This document shows, piece by piece, positions 49,953 through 64,000 of a stretch of 64,000 bases of DNA. The notes under the pieces are model-generated. The model saw nothing but the letters and a program-made list of their open reading frames with translations. It ran no database searches and was not told where the DNA came from. A program made the position numbers and the translations under genes. Each line of letters opens with the position of its first letter. Position 1 is the stretch's first letter. Source of the stretch: the human T2T-CHM13v2.0 reference genome, Homo sapiens; NCBI RefSeq assembly GCF_009914755.1, contig NC_060929.1, one strand, 5' to 3'.

Positions 49953-51432
49953 GCCCAGGGCCAGAGGGCAGGGTCTGTTTGTGCAGGAATAAGTACCGCG
50001 TTCATCTTCCAATGACAGGAGTGTGTGCGCCGGAGCTCCCGCATCTCAGTCCCACCTGGATTTACCCACGATCTTCGTGTCTTAAAATGCGAAGTTGCCC
50101 TTACCTGGATGAAGACAGCAGATCGCTTCATAGGAGCCTTGGCTAAATCTTTGGGCATTTTAATGGGATGTGGAGGCGTTTCTCTATGTCTTTCCAGCTG
50201 GAGGAATCAAGGTGCCTGGGCCTAGAGCATCCTGTGGACAGGCAGCTGCATTCAGAGAGGGAAGCCCTTCCCAGGAGATCTGTATGGTTTCCTGCTGAAG
50301 CCTGGTGTAGCTCTGTCTTAGCTTGTAGGCTTATGTCTGGGTTCCAGTAATTGGAGCTTGCAGAAATGTTTCCCCGATTGTTGTTCTTCTGTAGAATTTC
50401 AACGCTCATATGTATTTTTGTGAGTCACCACGAAAACAGTTAAGCTGATCAACCGTTTTCCAAACTGCAGACACCAAATTGAAATCACAAAGCACTTTCT
50501 TTTTTTCCCCTAAGTTGACTCTTCTATTCCTGCCTGCTGTGCTTTATGTCAGCAAGTGACCCTTTCCTGTATTATAATGCAGTATAGTATAGATGCATCA
50601 TGTAAGACCAGAGAGAAACCGATTCCAAAACCACCTTTCCTCAAGCCGCCGTTTGTAACGACCATATGGGTGGTTTGAAGGACACAGAGAGAGCCTATTG
50701 ACACTTCACTTTCGCTACACGTGGTGATTTTTCCAGTGCTTCCGGAGACACTGAAATTTAGTTCCAAACATTGCCTTAGAGGATTCTTGATTTTATTCAT
50801 TCTACCGATGATCCACTCAGAAAATCAAACCTGAGTACGGAGACATTGGAGAAGTCGTTAAAGTATTGGACCAAGTCGGTTCGTCACGAGTGACAAAGTT
50901 ATTCCACACTCTACTTGTACATACTCTGCTTTGCCTTCATGATGGCAAAGAGTAATTTTTCGCTATAGAGTAAAAACCCGAGATTTATTACGGAATCAGC
51001 GTGAACCTTCCCAGCACAGCTCACAGAGCATACGCCAAAAATTACAGTGTGATTCAGTTTCAAAAATTGTCTGTAGTGACCTGTGAATTCACAGCTCGTG
51101 AGGACATTCTTTAGTTCGGCTGAAGCCAAAAAACCTGGAACCATCGAAATGGGAAGAAGTGGAGTCTGCCAAATTCTGCCTCTTACACTTTCAGCTACCA
51201 CGCCATGTTCAACTATTGTACTTGATAAGGATTGGAAACTTAAGGTACTGAAAATTTCAACAGAGTTTCACCAGAGTAGTATTTCTTGTGAGAAAGCCAT
51301 GATCTCATCAGTAACGCCTTTCTAAAAGATCCAACAGAAAATATGAACTAGCAACTCATCCTGACAAGGAAGTAAAACTCAGGAAAAATCCTAAGGCAGA
51401 GCAGCGTCAGGCTTCAGTGTGAAACTATCATA

Positions 51433-51771
51433 GTCTGGGCGCGGTGGCTCACGCCTATAGTCCCTTCGCTTTGGGAAGCCAAGGTGGGGCAGATCACCTG
51501 AAGTCAGCAGTTCAAGACCAGCCTGGGCAAAATGGCGAGACCTCGTCTCTACTTGAGCAAATACAAAAATTTGCCCGGCGTGGTAGCGCGCACATTTAGT
51601 CCCAGCCACTCTGGAGGCTGAGGCAGGAGAATCCGTTGAGTCTAGGATGCCGAGGCTGCAGTGGGCTGAGATGAGGCCGCTGTAATCCAGCCTGGGGGAC
51701 AGAGCGAGGCACTGTCTCAGAAATAAACAAATAAAATAAAATAAACTAAAATAAAGTGACGTAAAATAAAA
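51433..51771 (+). mobile_element. Alu SINE copy
   Basis: Same element, next unit. Confidence 0.95.
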
Positions 51772-52780
51772 TTGAAATAATATTTTCACGTTTCCCTCAC
51801 CCAGCCCATTTTATTTTCAGAGTATTTGATAAACCGCTTTCTTCCCTGTGCGTTAGAGAGTTTTTTTTCTCAGACATCGAAGTTTTCTAATGCTCAACTT
51901 CGTAAAATGTCTCATTTTTACTGTAAATAGTTTCTTTACTGTTGTGAGATGTGAACTTTGCGATTCTGTGAAGAGGACTGAATTCTGAAATGCCCCCTGC
52001 ATTTCCCGCCCCTCAGAGAGTCGCCCTGTGTCTGCCCCTCCCTTGGGTGTGGGCGGAAGCACGAATTGATGTGCCCGCCCGACTTCCTCATTAGATTGGG
52101 GGGTATCCTGAACCAACGGCTGCTAAGGGCTGGGTCTAATCCAGTCATCTGAGCCCTTTATAAGGGAGGACTGAACCCCCCTGTGATTACGCTCCCCTGT
52201 GGGAGATTCCCCAGCACTGGCTGTGCACACCCAGGGAGCCTCACGGCCCAGACCTGGGCAGCACGGGTAGGAGCTGAGAGCATCCTCACGGCAGCAGGCA
52301 GAACAAACAAGTGGGCCTGGGGCTCACAACCCTGAGGCATTGTTGAATTCTGCCACCAACTCGAATCGGATCGAAGCCAGACCCTTCTCAGGTGGAGGCA
52401 ACGGCCGCACAGCCAGACCCATCCTGGAGGTCCCTCGTGGGACTCTGAGCAGGAGGCAGTCACTTGGCCTAGCAGAACTTCTGACCTGTGAGCTGGTGTT
52501 TGTTTTAAATACCCCAAATTGGTGAGAATTCGTTCTGCATTGACCTAAAACTAACATACTCTCCTTCCACAAGTTTCTTCACACTGTGGAAGCGAGACAA
52601 TTCAGTGTGTGTGTTTGTGTGTGGGAAGGGGCGGCCGGGAGCCGTGTCCTGTTATGGCGAAACTGGCTCAGCAGAAACACAGCAGCTAAAATCTTTGAAA
52701 GGTTCTCATCGCAGATCCACAATCAAACCACCCCAGCCGGAACTTCTGCCTGTACAGCTGCTGTCACGGAGCAGACTTGA

Positions 52781-53386
<606 letters not shown>

Positions 53387-54866
53387 GCCCAGGGCCAGAG
53401 GGCAGGGTCTGTTTGTGCAGGAATAAGTACCGCGTTCATCTTCCAATGACAGGAGTGTGTGCGCCGGAGCTCCCGCATCTCAGTCCCACCTGGATTTACC
53501 CACGATCTTCGTGTCTTAAAATGCGAAGTTGCCCTTACCTGGATGAAGACAGCAGATCGCTTCATAGGAGCCTTGGCTAAATCTTTGGGCATTTTAATGG
53601 GATGTGGAGGCGTTTCTCTATGTCTTTCCAGCTGGAGGAATCAAGGTGCCTGGGCCTAGAGCATCCTGTGGACAGGCAGCTGCATTCAGAGAGGGAAGCC
53701 CTTCCCAGGAGATCTGTATGGTTTCCTGCTGAAGCCTGGTGTAGCTCTGTCTTAGCTTGTAGGCTTATGTCTGGGTTCCAGTAATTGGAGCTTGCAGAAA
53801 TGTTTCCCCGATTGTTGTTCTTCTGTAGAATTTCAACGCTCATATGTATTTTTGTGAGTCACCACGAAAACAGTTAAGCTGATCAACCGTTTTCCAAACT
53901 GCAGACACCAAATTGAAATCACAAAGCACTTTCTTTTTTTCCCCTAAGTTGACTCTTCTATTCCTGCCTGCTGTGCTTTATGTCAGCAAGTGACCCTTTC
54001 CTGTATTATAATGCAGTATAGTATAGATGCATCATGTAAGACCAGAGAGAAACCGATTCCAAAACCACCTTTCCTCAAGCCGCCGTTTGTAACGACCATA
54101 TGGGTGGTTTGAAGGACACAGAGAGAGCCTATTGACACTTCACTTTCGCTACACGTGGTGATTTTTCCAGTGCTTCCGGAGACACTGAAATTTAGTTCCA
54201 AACATTGCCTTAGAGGATTCTTGATTTTATTCATTCTACCGATGATCCACTCAGAAAATCAAACCTGAGTACGGAGACATTGGAGAAGTCGTTAAAGTAT
54301 TGGACCAAGTCGGTTCGTCACGAGTGACAAAGTTATTCCACACTCTACTTGTACATACTCTGCTTTGCCTTCATGATGGCAAAGAGTAATTTTTCGCTAT
54401 AGAGTAAAAACCCGAGATTTATTACGGAATCAGCGTGAACCTTCCCAGCACAGCTCACAGAGCATACGCCAAAAATTACAGTGTGATTCAGTTTCAAAAA
54501 TTGTCTGTAGTGACCTGTGAATTCACAGCTCGTGAGGACATTCTTTAGTTCGGCTGAAGCCAAAAAACCTGGAACCATCGAAATGGGAAGAAGTGGAGTC
54601 TGCCAAATTCTGCCTCTTACACTTTCAGCTACCACGCCATGTTCAACTATTGTACTTGATAAGGATTGGAAACTTAAGGTACTGAGAATTTCAACAGAGT
54701 TTCACCAGAGTAGTATTTCTTGTGAGAAAGCCATGATCTCATCAGTAACGCCTTTCTAAAAGATCCAACAGAAAATATGAACTAGCAACTCATCCTGACA
54801 AGGAAGTAAAACTCAGGAAAAATCCTAAGGCAGAGCAGCGTCAGGCTTCAGTGTGAAACTATCATA

Positions 54867-55205
54867 GTCTGGGCGCGGTGGCTCACGCCTATAGTCCCTT
54901 CGCTTTGGGAAGCCAAGGTGGGGCAGATCACCTGAAGTCAGCAGTTCAAGACCAGCCTGGGCAAAATGGCGAGACCTCGTCTCTACTTGAGCAAATACAA
55001 AAATTTGCCCGGCGTGGTAGCGCGCACATTTAGTCCCAGCCACTCTGGAGGCTGAGGCAGGAGAATCCGTTGAGTATAGGATGCCGAGGCTGCAGTGGGC
55101 TGAGATGAGGCCGCTGTAATCCAGCCTGGGGGACAGAGCGAGGCACTGTCTCAGAAATAAACAAATAAAATAAAATAAACTAAAATAAAGTGACGTAAAA
55201 TAAAA
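54867..55205 (+). mobile_element. Alu SINE copy
   Basis: Same element, next unit. Confidence 0.95.
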
Positions 55206-56214
55206 TTGAAATAATATTTTCACGTTTCCCTCACCCAGCCCATTTTATTTTCAGAGTATTTGATAAACCGCTTTCTTCCCTGTGCGTTAGAGAGTTTTTT
55301 TTCTCAGACATCGAAGTTTTCTAATGCTCAACTTCGTAAAATGTCTCATTTTTACTGTAAATAGTTTCTTTACTGTTGTGAGATGTGAACTTTGCGATTC
55401 TGTGAAGAGGACTGAATTCTGAAATGCCCCCTGCATTTCCCGCCCCTCAGAGAGTCGCCCTGTGTCTGCCCCTCCCTTGGGTGTGGGCGGAAGCACGAAT
55501 TGATGTGCCCGCCCGACTTCCTCATTAGATTGGGGGGTATCCTGAACCAACGGCTGCTAAGGGCTGGGTCTAATGCAGTCATCTGAGCCCTGTATAAGGG
55601 AGGACTGAACCCCCCTGTGATTACGCTCCCCTGTGGGAGATTCCCCAGCACTGGCTGTGCACACCCAGGGAGCCTCACGGCCCAGACCTGGGCAGCACGG
55701 GTAGGAGCTGAGAGCATCCTCACGGCAGCAGGCAGAACAAACAAGTGGGCCTGGGGCTCGCAACCCTGAGGCATTGTTGAATTCTGCCACCAACTCGAAT
55801 CGGATCGAAGCCAGACCCTTCTCAGGTGGAGGCAACGACCGCACAGCCAGACCCATCCTGGAGGTCCCTCGTGGGACTCTGAGCAGGAGGCAGTCACTTG
55901 GCCTAGCAGAACTTCTGACCTGTGAGCTGGTGTTTGTTTTAAATACCCCAAATTGGTGAGAATTCGTTCTGCATTGACCTAAAACTAACATACTCTCCTT
56001 CCACAAGTTTCTTCACACTGTGGAAGCGAGAAAATTCAGTGTGTGTGTTTGTGTGTGGGAAGGGGCGGCCGGGAGCCGTGTCCGGTTACGGCGAAACTGG
56101 CTCAGCAGAAACACAGCAGCTAAAATCTTTGAAAGGTTCTCATCGCAGATCCACAATCAAACCACCCCAGCCGGAACTTCTGCCTGTACAGCTGCTGTCA
56201 CGGAGCAGACTTGA

Positions 56215-56820
<606 letters not shown>

Positions 56821-58300
56821 GCCCAGGGCCAGAGGGCAGGGTCTGTTTGTGCAGGAATAAGTACCGCGTTCATCTTCCAATGACAGGAGTGTGTGCGCCG
56901 GAGCTCCCGCATCTCAGTCCCACCTGGATTTACCCACGATCTTCGTGTCTTAAAATGCGAAGTTGCCCTTACCTGGATGAAGACAGCAGATCGCTTCATA
57001 GGAGCCTTGGCTAAATCTTTGGGCATTTTAATGGGATGTGGAGGCGTTTCTCTATGTCTTTCCAGCTGGAGGAATCAAGGTGCCTGGGCCTAGAGCATCC
57101 TGTGGACAGGCAGCTGCATTCAGAGAGGGAAGCCCTTCCCAGGAGATCTGTATGGTTTCCTGCTGAAGCCTGGTGTAGCTCTGTCTTAGCTTGTAGGCTT
57201 ATGTCTGGGTTCCAGTAATTGGAGCTTGCAGAAATGTTTCCCCGATTGTTGTTCTTCTGTAGAATTTCAACGCTCATATGTATTTTTGTGAGTCACCACG
57301 AAAACAGTTAAGCTGATCAACCGTTTTCCAAACTGCAGACACCAAATTGAAATCACAAAGCACTTTCTTTTTTTCCCCTAAGTTGACTCTTCTATTCCTG
57401 CCTGCTGTGCTTTATGTCAGCAAGTGACCCTTTCCTGTATTATAATGCAGTATAGTATAGATGCATCATGTAAGACCAGAGAGAAACCGATTCCAAAACC
57501 ACCTTTCCTCAAGCCGCCGTTTGTAACGACCATATGGGTGGTTTGAAGGACACAGAGAGAGCCTATTGACACTTCACTTTCGCTACACGTGGTGATTTTT
57601 CCAGTGCTTCCGGAGACACTGAAATTTAGTTCCAAACATTGCCTTAGAGGATTCTTGATTTTATTCATTCTACCGATGATCCACTCAGAAAATCAAACCT
57701 GAGTACGGAGACATTGGAGAAGTCGTTAAAGTATTGGACCAAGTCGGTTCGTCACGAGTGACAAAGTTATTCCACACTCTACTTGTACATACTCTGCTTT
57801 GCCTTCATGATGGCAAAGAGTAATTTTTCGCTATAGAGTAAAAACCCGAGATTTATTACGGAATCAGCGTGAACCTTCCCAGCACAGCTCACAGAGCATA
57901 CGCCAAAAATTACAGTGTGATTCAGTTTCAAAAATTGTCTGTAGTGACCTGTGAATTCACAGCTCGTGAGGACATTCTTTAGTTCGGCTGAAGCCAAAAA
58001 ACCTGGAACCATCGAAATGGGAAGAAGTGGAGTCTGCCAAATTCTGCCTCTTACACTTTCAGCTACCACGCCATGTTCAACTATTGTACTTGATAAGGAT
58101 TGGAAACTTAAGGTACTGAAAATTTCAACAGAGTTTCACCAGAGTAGTATTTCTTGTGAGAAAGCCATGATCTCATCAGTAACGCCTTTCTAAAAGATCC
58201 AACAGAAAATATGAACTAGCAACTCATCCTGACAAGGAAGTAAAACTCAGGAAAAATCCTAAGGCAGAGCAGCGTCAGGCTTCAGTGTGAAACTATCATA

Positions 58301-58639
58301 GTCTGGGCGCGGTGGCTCACGCCTATAGTCCCTTCGCTTTGGGAAGCCAAGGTGGGGCAGATCACCTGAAGTCAGCAGTTCAAGACCAGCCTGGGCAAAA
58401 TGGCGAGACCTCGTCTCTACTTGAGCAAATACAAAAATTTGCCCGGCGTGGTAGCGCGCACATTTAGTCCCAGCCACTCTGGAGGCTGAGGCAGGAGAAT
58501 CCGTTGAGTCTAGGATGCCGAGGCTGCAGTGGGCTGAGATGAGGCCGCTGTAATCCAGCCTGGGGGACAGAGCGAGGCACTGTCTCAGAAATAAACAAAT
58601 AAAATAAAATAAACTAAAATAAAGTGACGTAAAATAAAA
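58301..58639 (+). mobile_element. Alu SINE copy
   Basis: Same element, next unit. Confidence 0.95.
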
Positions 58640-59648
58640 TTGAAATAATATTTTCACGTTTCCCTCACCCAGCCCATTTTATTTTCAGAGTATTTGATAA
58701 ACCGCTTTCTTCCCTGTGCGTTAGAGAGTTTTTTTTCTCAGACATCGAAGTTTTCTAATGCTCAACTTCGTAAAATGTCTCATTTTTACTGTAAATAGTT
58801 TCTTTACTGTTGTGAGATGTGAACTTTGCGATTCTGTGAAGAGGACTGAATTCTGAAATGCCCCCTGCATTTCCCGCCCCTCAGAGAGTCGCCCTGTGTC
58901 TGCCCCTCCCTTGGTTGTGGGCGGAAGCACGAATTGATGTGCCCGCCCGACTTCCTCATTAGATTGGGGGGTATCCTGAACCAACGGCTGCTAAGGGCTG
59001 GGTCTAATCCAGTCATCTGAGCCCTTTATAAGGGAGGACTGAACCCCCCTGTGATTACGCTCCCCTGTGGGAGATTCCCCAGCACTGGCTGTGCACACCC
59101 AGGGAGCCTCACGGCCCAGACCTGGGCAGCACGGGTAGGAGCTGAGAGCATCCTCACGGCAGCAGGCAGAACAAACAAGTGGGCCTGGGGCTCACAACCC
59201 TGAGGCATTGTTGAATTCTGCCACCAACTCGAATCGGATCGAAGCCAGACCCTTCTCAGGTGGAGGCAACGGCCGCACAGCCAGACCCATCCTGGAGGTC
59301 CCTCGTGGGACTCTGAGCAGGAGGCAGTCACTTGGCCTAGCAGAACTTCTGACCTGTGAGCTGGTGTTTGTTTTAAATACCCCAAATTGGTGAGAATTCG
59401 TTCTGCATTGACCTAAAACTAACATACTCTCCTTCCACAAGTTTCTTCACACTGTGGAAGCGAGAAAATTCAGTGTGTGTGTTTGTGTGTGGGAAGGGGC
59501 GGCCGGGAGCCGTGTCCTGTTATGGCGAAACTGGCTCAGCAGAAACACAGCAGCTAAAATCTTTGAAAGGTTCTCATCGCAGATCCACAATCAAACCACC
59601 CCAGCCGGAACTTCTGCCTGTACAGCTGCTGTCACGGAGCAGACTTGA

Positions 59649-60254
<606 letters not shown>

Positions 60255-61734
60255 GCCCAGGGCCAGAGGGCAGGGTCTGTTTGTGCAGGAATAAGTACCG
60301 CGTTCATCTTCCAATGACAGGAGTGTGTGCGCCGGAGCTCCCGCATCTCAGTCCCACCTGGATTTACCCACGATCTTCGTGTCTTAAAATGCGAAGTTGC
60401 CCTTACCTGGATGAAGACAGCAGATCGCTTCATAGGAGCCTTGGCTAAATCTTTGGGCATTTTAATGGGATGTGGAGGCGTTTCTCTATGTCTTTCCAGC
60501 TGGAGGAATCAAGGTGCCTGGGCCTAGAGCATCCTGTGGACAGGCAGCTGCATTCAGAGAGGGAAGCCCTTCCCAGGAGATCTGTATGGTTTCCTGCTGA
60601 AGCCTGGTGTAGCTCTGTCTTAGCTTGTAGGCTTATGTCTGGGTTCCAGTAATTGGAGCTTGCAGAAATGTTTCCCCGATTGTTGTTCTTCTGTAGAATT
60701 TCAACGCTCATATGTATTTTTGTGAGTCACCACGAAAACAGTTAAGCTGATCAACCGTTTTCCAAACTGCAGACACCAAATTGAAATCACAAAGCACTTT
60801 CTTTTTTTCCCCTAAGTTGACTCTTCTATTCCTGCCTGCTGTGCTTTATGTCAGCAAGTGACCCTTTCCTGTATTATAATGCAGTATAGTATAGATGCAT
60901 CATGTAAGACCAGAGAGAAACCGATTCCAAAACCACCTTTCCTCAAGCCGCCGTTTGTAACGACCATATGGGTGGTTTGAAGGACACAGAGAGAGCCTAT
61001 TGACACTTCACTTTCGCTACACGTGGTGATTTTTCCAGTGCTTCCGGAGACACTGAAATTTAGTTCCAAACATTGCCTTAGAGGATTCTTGATTTTATTC
61101 ATTCTACCGATGATCCACTCAGAAAATCAAACCTGAGTACGGAGACATTGGAGAAGTCGTTAAAGTATTGGACCAAGTCGGTTCGTCACGAGTGACAAAG
61201 TTATTCCACACTCTACTTGTACATACTCTGCTTTGCCTTCATGATGGCAAAGAGTAATTTTTCGCTATAGAGTAAAAACCCGAGATTTATTACGGAATCA
61301 GCGTGAACCTTCCCAGCACAGCTCACAGAGCATACGCCAAAAATTACAGTGTGATTCAGTTTCAAAAATTGTCTGTAGTGACCTGTGAATTCACAGCTCG
61401 TGAGGACATTCTTTAGTTCGGCTGAAGCCAAAAAACCTGGAACCATCGAAATGGGAAGAAGTGGAGTCTGCCAAATTCTGCCTCTTACACTTTCAGCTAC
61501 CACGCCATGTTCAACTATTGTACTTGATAAGGATTGGAAACTTAAGGTACTGAGAATTTCAACAGAGTTTCACCAGAGTAGTATTTCTTGTGAGAAAGCC
61601 ATGATCTCATCAGTAACGCCTTTCTAAAAGATCCAACAGAAAATATGAACTAGCAACTCATCCTGACAAGGAAGTAAAACTCAGGAAAAATCCTAAGGCA
61701 GAGCAGCGTCAGGCTTCAGTGTGAAACTATCATA

Positions 61735-62073
61735 GTCTGGGCGCGGTGGCTCACGCCTATAGTCCCTTCGCTTTGGGAAGCCAAGGTGGGGCAGATCACC
61801 TGAAGTCAGCAGTTCAAGACCAGCCTGGGCAAAATGGCGAGACCTCGTCTCTACTTGAGCAAATACAAAAATTTGCCCGGCGTGGTAGCGCGCACATTTA
61901 GTCCCAGCCACTCTGGAGGCTGAGGCAGGAGAATCCGTTGAGTCTAGGATGCCGAGGCTGCAGTGGGCTGAGATGAGGCCGCTGTAATCCAGCCTGGGGG
62001 ACAGAGCGAGGCACTGTCTCAGAAATAAACAAATAAAATAAAATAAACTAAAATAAAGTGACGTAAAATAAAA
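61735..62073 (+). mobile_element. Alu SINE copy
   Basis: Same element, next unit. Confidence 0.95.
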
Positions 62074-63082
62074 TTGAAATAATATTTTCACGTTTCCCTC
62101 ACCCAGCCCATTTTATTTTCAGAGTATTTGATAAACCGCTTTCTTCCCTGTGCGTTAGAGAGTTTTTTTTCTCAGACATCGAAGTTTTCTAATGCTCAAC
62201 TTCGTAAAATGTCTCATTTTTACTGTAAATAGTTTCTTTACTGTTGTGAGATGTGAACTTTGCGATTCTGTGAAGAGGACTGAATTCTGAAATGCCCCCT
62301 GCATTTCCCGCCCCTCAGAGAGTCGCCCTGTGTCTGCCCCTCCCTTGGGTGTGGGCGGAAGCACGAATTGATGTGCCCGCCCGACTTCCTCATTAGATTG
62401 GGGGGTATCCTGAACCAACGGCTGCTAAGGGCTGGGTCTAATCCAGTCATCTGAGCCCTTTATAAGGGAGGACTGAACCCCCCTGTGATTACGCTCCCCT
62501 GTGGGAGATTCCCCAGCACTGGCTGTGCACACCCAGGGAGCCTCACGGCCCAGACCTGGGCAGCACGGGTAGGAGCTGAGAGCATCCTCACGGCAGCAGG
62601 CAGAACAAACAAGTGGGCCTGGGGCTCACAACCCTGAGGCATTGTTGAATTCTGCCACCAACTCGAATCGGATCGAAGCCAGACCCTTCTCAGGTGGAGG
62701 CAACGGCCGCACAGCCAGACCCATCCTGGAGGTCCCTCGTGGGACTCTGAGCAGGAGGCAGTCACTTGGCCTAGCAGAACTTCTGACCTGTGAGCTGGTG
62801 TTTGTTTTAAATACCCCAAATTGGTGAGAATTCGTTCTGCATTGACCTAAAACTAACATACTCTCCTTCCACAAGTTTCTTCACACTGTGGAAGCGAGAA
62901 AATTCAGTGTGTGTGTTTGTGTGTGGGAAGGGGCGGCCGGGAGCCGTGTCCGGTTACGGCGAAACTGGCTCAGCAGAAACACAGCAGCTAAAATCTTTGA
63001 AAGGTTCTCATCGCAGATCCACAATCAAACCACCCCAGCCGGAACTTCTGCCTGTACAGCTGCTGTCACGGAGCAGACTTGA

Positions 63083-63688
<606 letters not shown>

Positions 63689-64000
63689 GCCCAGGGCCAG
63701 AGGGCAGGGTCTGTTTGTGCAGGAATAAGTACCGCGTTCATCTTCCAATGACAGGAGTGTGTGCGCCGGAGCTCCCGCATCTCAGTCCCACCTGGATTTA
63801 CCCACGATCTTCGTGTCTTAAAATGCGAAGTTGCCCTTACCTGGATGAAGACAGCAGATCGCTTCATAGGAGCCTTGGCTAAATCTTTGGGCATTTTAAT
63901 GGGATGTGGAGGCGTTTCTCTATGTCTTTCCAGCTGGAGGAATCAAGGTGCCTGGGCCTAGAGCATCCTGTGGACAGGCAGCTGCATTCAGAGAGGGAAG

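Overview
The whole window is a primate (human-like) head-to-tail macrosatellite with an exact 3434-bp period, about 18.6 units (unit n starts at 1+3434*(n-1)). Each unit carries an intronless 198-aa TAF11-like retrogene on the + strand, one AluS-type element and a promoter-like block about 0.7 kb upstream of the ATG. This matches the known TAF11-Like (TAF11L, MSR5p) array of human chr5p15, so the array itself is not new. All 19 ORFs encode the same protein, while the roughly 40 variable sites I found by eye lie outside the CDS, and several hit candidate regulatory elements. A perfect DUX4 motif (TAATCTAATCA) is intact in 8 units, single-mismatched in 1 and doubly broken in 10. Three distal units gain a strong-Kozak uORF. 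The array therefore looks like a mosaic of regulatory alleles driving an invariant TFIID-subunit paralogue; this functional reading is inference.
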